Assembly: GCA_028534125.1 (NCBI GenBank)
Contig: CM052817.1
Coordinates: 17,114,001 to 17,178,000, forward strand
Origin: Lama glama
Lineage: Eukaryota
Length of the DNA: 64,000 bases
Reading direction: 5' to 3'
Shown: one piece after another, positions 61,399 through 64,000 of the stretch
Numbering within the stretch: position 1 is the first letter of the stretch
Layout of the letters: each line of letters starts with the position of its first letter
Made by a program: the position numbers and the translations under genes
The notes under the pieces: model-generated
What the model saw: the letters and a program-made list of their open reading frames with translations, nothing else
Database searches by the model: none
Told to the model about the DNA's origin: nothing

Positions 61399-62414
61399 TT
61401 TCTAAATTACAGTAAATAGAAACCATTTAACTTATCTCCAACGTTTTTTCTTAAAGTTTGGAAGTCTAGAGAGATTACATAAGAATAATGCATTACAAAA
61501 TACAGATTTATTTGCTTTATAAGTCAAAGAGTTGACCCTCAAGAGAATTTAAGCGGAAACAAGACATCTCAAGTTTTCTCCTAACTTCCTAAACATCTCA
61601 ATTTCTCTTCAGGTTCGATTCAAATATTTAGTGTTGGGGAAATCGCAAGCAAAGAGTCCTTCTTGGCAGATCATCTGAGTCAAAACATTTGCTAAGATAT
61701 TCTGAAGGGTCTCAGAAGCAGAGGGAAGAGAGCCCTTCCAGTATTTCTGCTGCCAATCTGAAAAAAAATCTTAGTTGGCACAGACATCTGAAGGTCTTGC
61801 CATCTGACCAGTAAGGCAGTTCCAAGAATTCATTGACCTTGATTGTGGTCATGCAGCTTGGTCCAAAGGTGGAAAACTGGAACTCCTGGGCTCCATTTCT
61901 TAATTTTGTATGGGGCTCGTAATCGCTCTAGTCACCCATGTTCAAGTCCTAAGTCCTTGTCCCTCCAACTCTCCAGAGAGATTTTATCTCTGGGGAGAAA
62001 CCAGCAGCCTCAGGTGTCAATAACCAGAATTCAGTCTCAGCTTTTTCAGGCCCCAGTCCTGTTGGCCACTTCCCGGTGGCATGGCCTCCAGAGGGAAGTA
62101 GCCTTCAGCTGTGCTTCCTTGCCACTCGGGGTTTCCAGGAAACCGTTTGGTTTAAGGCTTCAAAGAACTGCAAGCTTCTATACCTTCTTACTTGTTTGTA
62201 AATGGAATCTTGAGCACCCATTTACACTCCCCACAGTTGATAGCAGTTATTGTTAATTGCTTTATGGCTTTGCAACTGTGTGGTAGCTTAGAATTGGTCC
62301 TAAGCCAAGATCAAAGAATCATGTGCCTTCCAGATATTTTGAGAAAAGAAATTATCCTTGAATAGGGGGAGTGTTAGAGAGAAGGTCTAAAGGTTTCTGC
62401 TTGGGCACAAATAC

Positions 62415-62620
62415 CCTTTGACTACCTCCTATGGGCGGGGCCGTATCAAGTCATTTTCTGCATTATTCTTTTTGATCCACTGCTATAAAAGGTTAGGGCC
62501 ATTAGCTCCTTTTTAACAGATCAGAAAGCGGAGCCTCAGAGAGGTTAAGAGGTTCAGCACAGTCACAGAACTAGTGAGGGGCAGAGTCATGAGGGAACCC
62601 AGAGTCCAGTGGGGACTGGG
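62415..62620 (-). mobile_element. MIR SINE
   Basis: ttttaacagatcagaaagcggagcctcagagaggttaag..gtcacagaactagtgagg. Confidence 0.75.
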
Positions 62621-63009
62621 AACTGTGGAGAGGTGGGGGAGAAGAGGAAGTGTAGGATGGTGCAAGGGAACAGAAAGTAGAAATGAAGAACTTTTGCAGA
62701 GGTAAGAAGTGTCCTGGGGGATATGACGCTTTGAGAGAGGAGCCAAGGGAAGAGGTGGAGAGTGAAGGAAAATGAAGCCCAAACAAACTCTTGTTTGCTC
62801 ATTGTTTCATTCAGCAAACATTTGCAGTTTAAGCTGTTAAATTCTGCAGAAGTGAAGGGCTATCTAGTATTCACGTCATCACTGAAACCCACTTACAAGG
62901 CGTGTGTACAGGGCCCCCAGCAGTGCTGATAAAGGCTCCTCAGAGGAAGTTAATCACACATAGTTCCTGACTCTAACCCTTGACCTCTAGTAGCAGATTA
63001 GCAGAATCT

Positions 63010-63125
63010 ATATCTCAGATTCCCCACTTCCTAGCTGGGTGACCTTGAGCGAGTTACTTTATCTCTTTGGGTCTCAGTTTCCTCACCTGTGAAAAGGGAT
63101 GATGGTAATAGTACCATCTGGCACA
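63010..63125 (+). mobile_element. MIR SINE
   Basis: ctagctgggtgaccttgagcgagttactttatctctttgggtctcagtttcctcacctgtgaaaaggg. Confidence 0.82.
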
Positions 63126-64000
63126 CAGAGAACCCTTATTTTCTGGGCATGAATTGAACTCCGTGTCTGATAGCCTAGGGTGGCTCTGGGGCTGTCTTCC
63201 CCTCGCTGACCTGCAGTAGGAACTTGAGACTTTTCTAATACAGATCCAGCCCACTTCACTCTCAGCGCAGTGGCAGGAGACCAGGGGGAAGTTCGGGCTG
63301 GTTCTCCAGAGAGCAGAGCTGAGTAGCAAGCTGAATCCTAAACACATGAAGTCCAGATCCTGTGTGCCCCCATTCTGGGCTGGTGAGACGTGTCAAATCA
63401 ATGCTTAGACATACGTGGGTGGAAGGAAGACTCTTGGGAAAATGTGTCATTAGCCCTCTTCTGGGGGCCTCTTGGGACCACAGACCCTCGAGGAAGCCGT
63501 GCCCCGAGTGTGCCCTCCTGCTCTGGTAGCGGATAAGCCTGAGCCCAGGACAGCAGCCCCAGTTCTCTGCTGTGGGTGTAAGTCACCTGTGGCCCTGTGG
63601 CGGGGGCTGCCTTGGTGTTTGCTCTGGTTTCTGACTGAAATATTCTCTGGGCTCAGGATGAAAGTTCAGATCCGCTCTAAACTGGACCCAGACTGGATTG
63701 TGGGCTTTACCTTAAATCAGGAGCTCTGGGTGAGAAGGAACTTGGGAGTGTGTCCAGTCCAGTTCCCCACTAGGGCATCCTTGTAGGGGACCCTGGGACT
63801 GTGTCTCACCTTAGTCTGGTTGCTCAGGGGACCCTGGTGTGGCCTGGCCTTTGCAGGTATAGCGTCCTCTGCTTCGAACGCCCTTCTGCCACCTCCTTGT
63901 AACCCCAACTCCCCCTTCAAGTAGCAGCTTAGGTATCATTTCCTCCAGAACGTCCCTCATGATTTCTTCAGGATGGGAACTGGCTTTACCTGCTCTGAGG

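Noticed and set aside
62433..62491. GC box (GGGCGGGG) plus TATAAAAG resembling a Pol II promoter
   Set aside because: Both motifs lie within a decayed antisense MIR. There is no CpG island and no downstream exon or ORF support.

Overview
Mammalian non-coding DNA, very probably from a camelid (alpaca/camel lineage). The evidence is three short tRNA-derived SINEs of the camelid vic-1 type and young L1 3' ends resembling camelid L1. I can support no protein-coding gene, RNA gene or CpG-island promoter. The ORF track consists of chance ORFs, N-gap read-through and decayed L1 ORF2 fragments. Roughly half the window is interspersed repeat of many ages: L1, L2, MIR, CR1/L3, L4/RTE-X, MaLR and ERV LTRs, and hAT and mariner DNA transposons. 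Three exactly 500-N scaffold gaps each abut a young L1. The most notable structures are: an orphan 192-bp insert with a 14-bp target-site duplication inside an L2; a near full-length Charlie5/MER33-type hAT fossil with readable transposase motifs, interrupted by an ERV1 solo LTR; an L1 inserted at its own homologous position in an older L1; a perfect 55-bp tandem duplication; and several repeat-free islands with enhancer-like motif clusters. I found no convincing new biological system. Repeat family names come from visual recognition of consensus motifs, not a RepeatMasker/Dfam run, and boundaries without a stated TSD are approximate.
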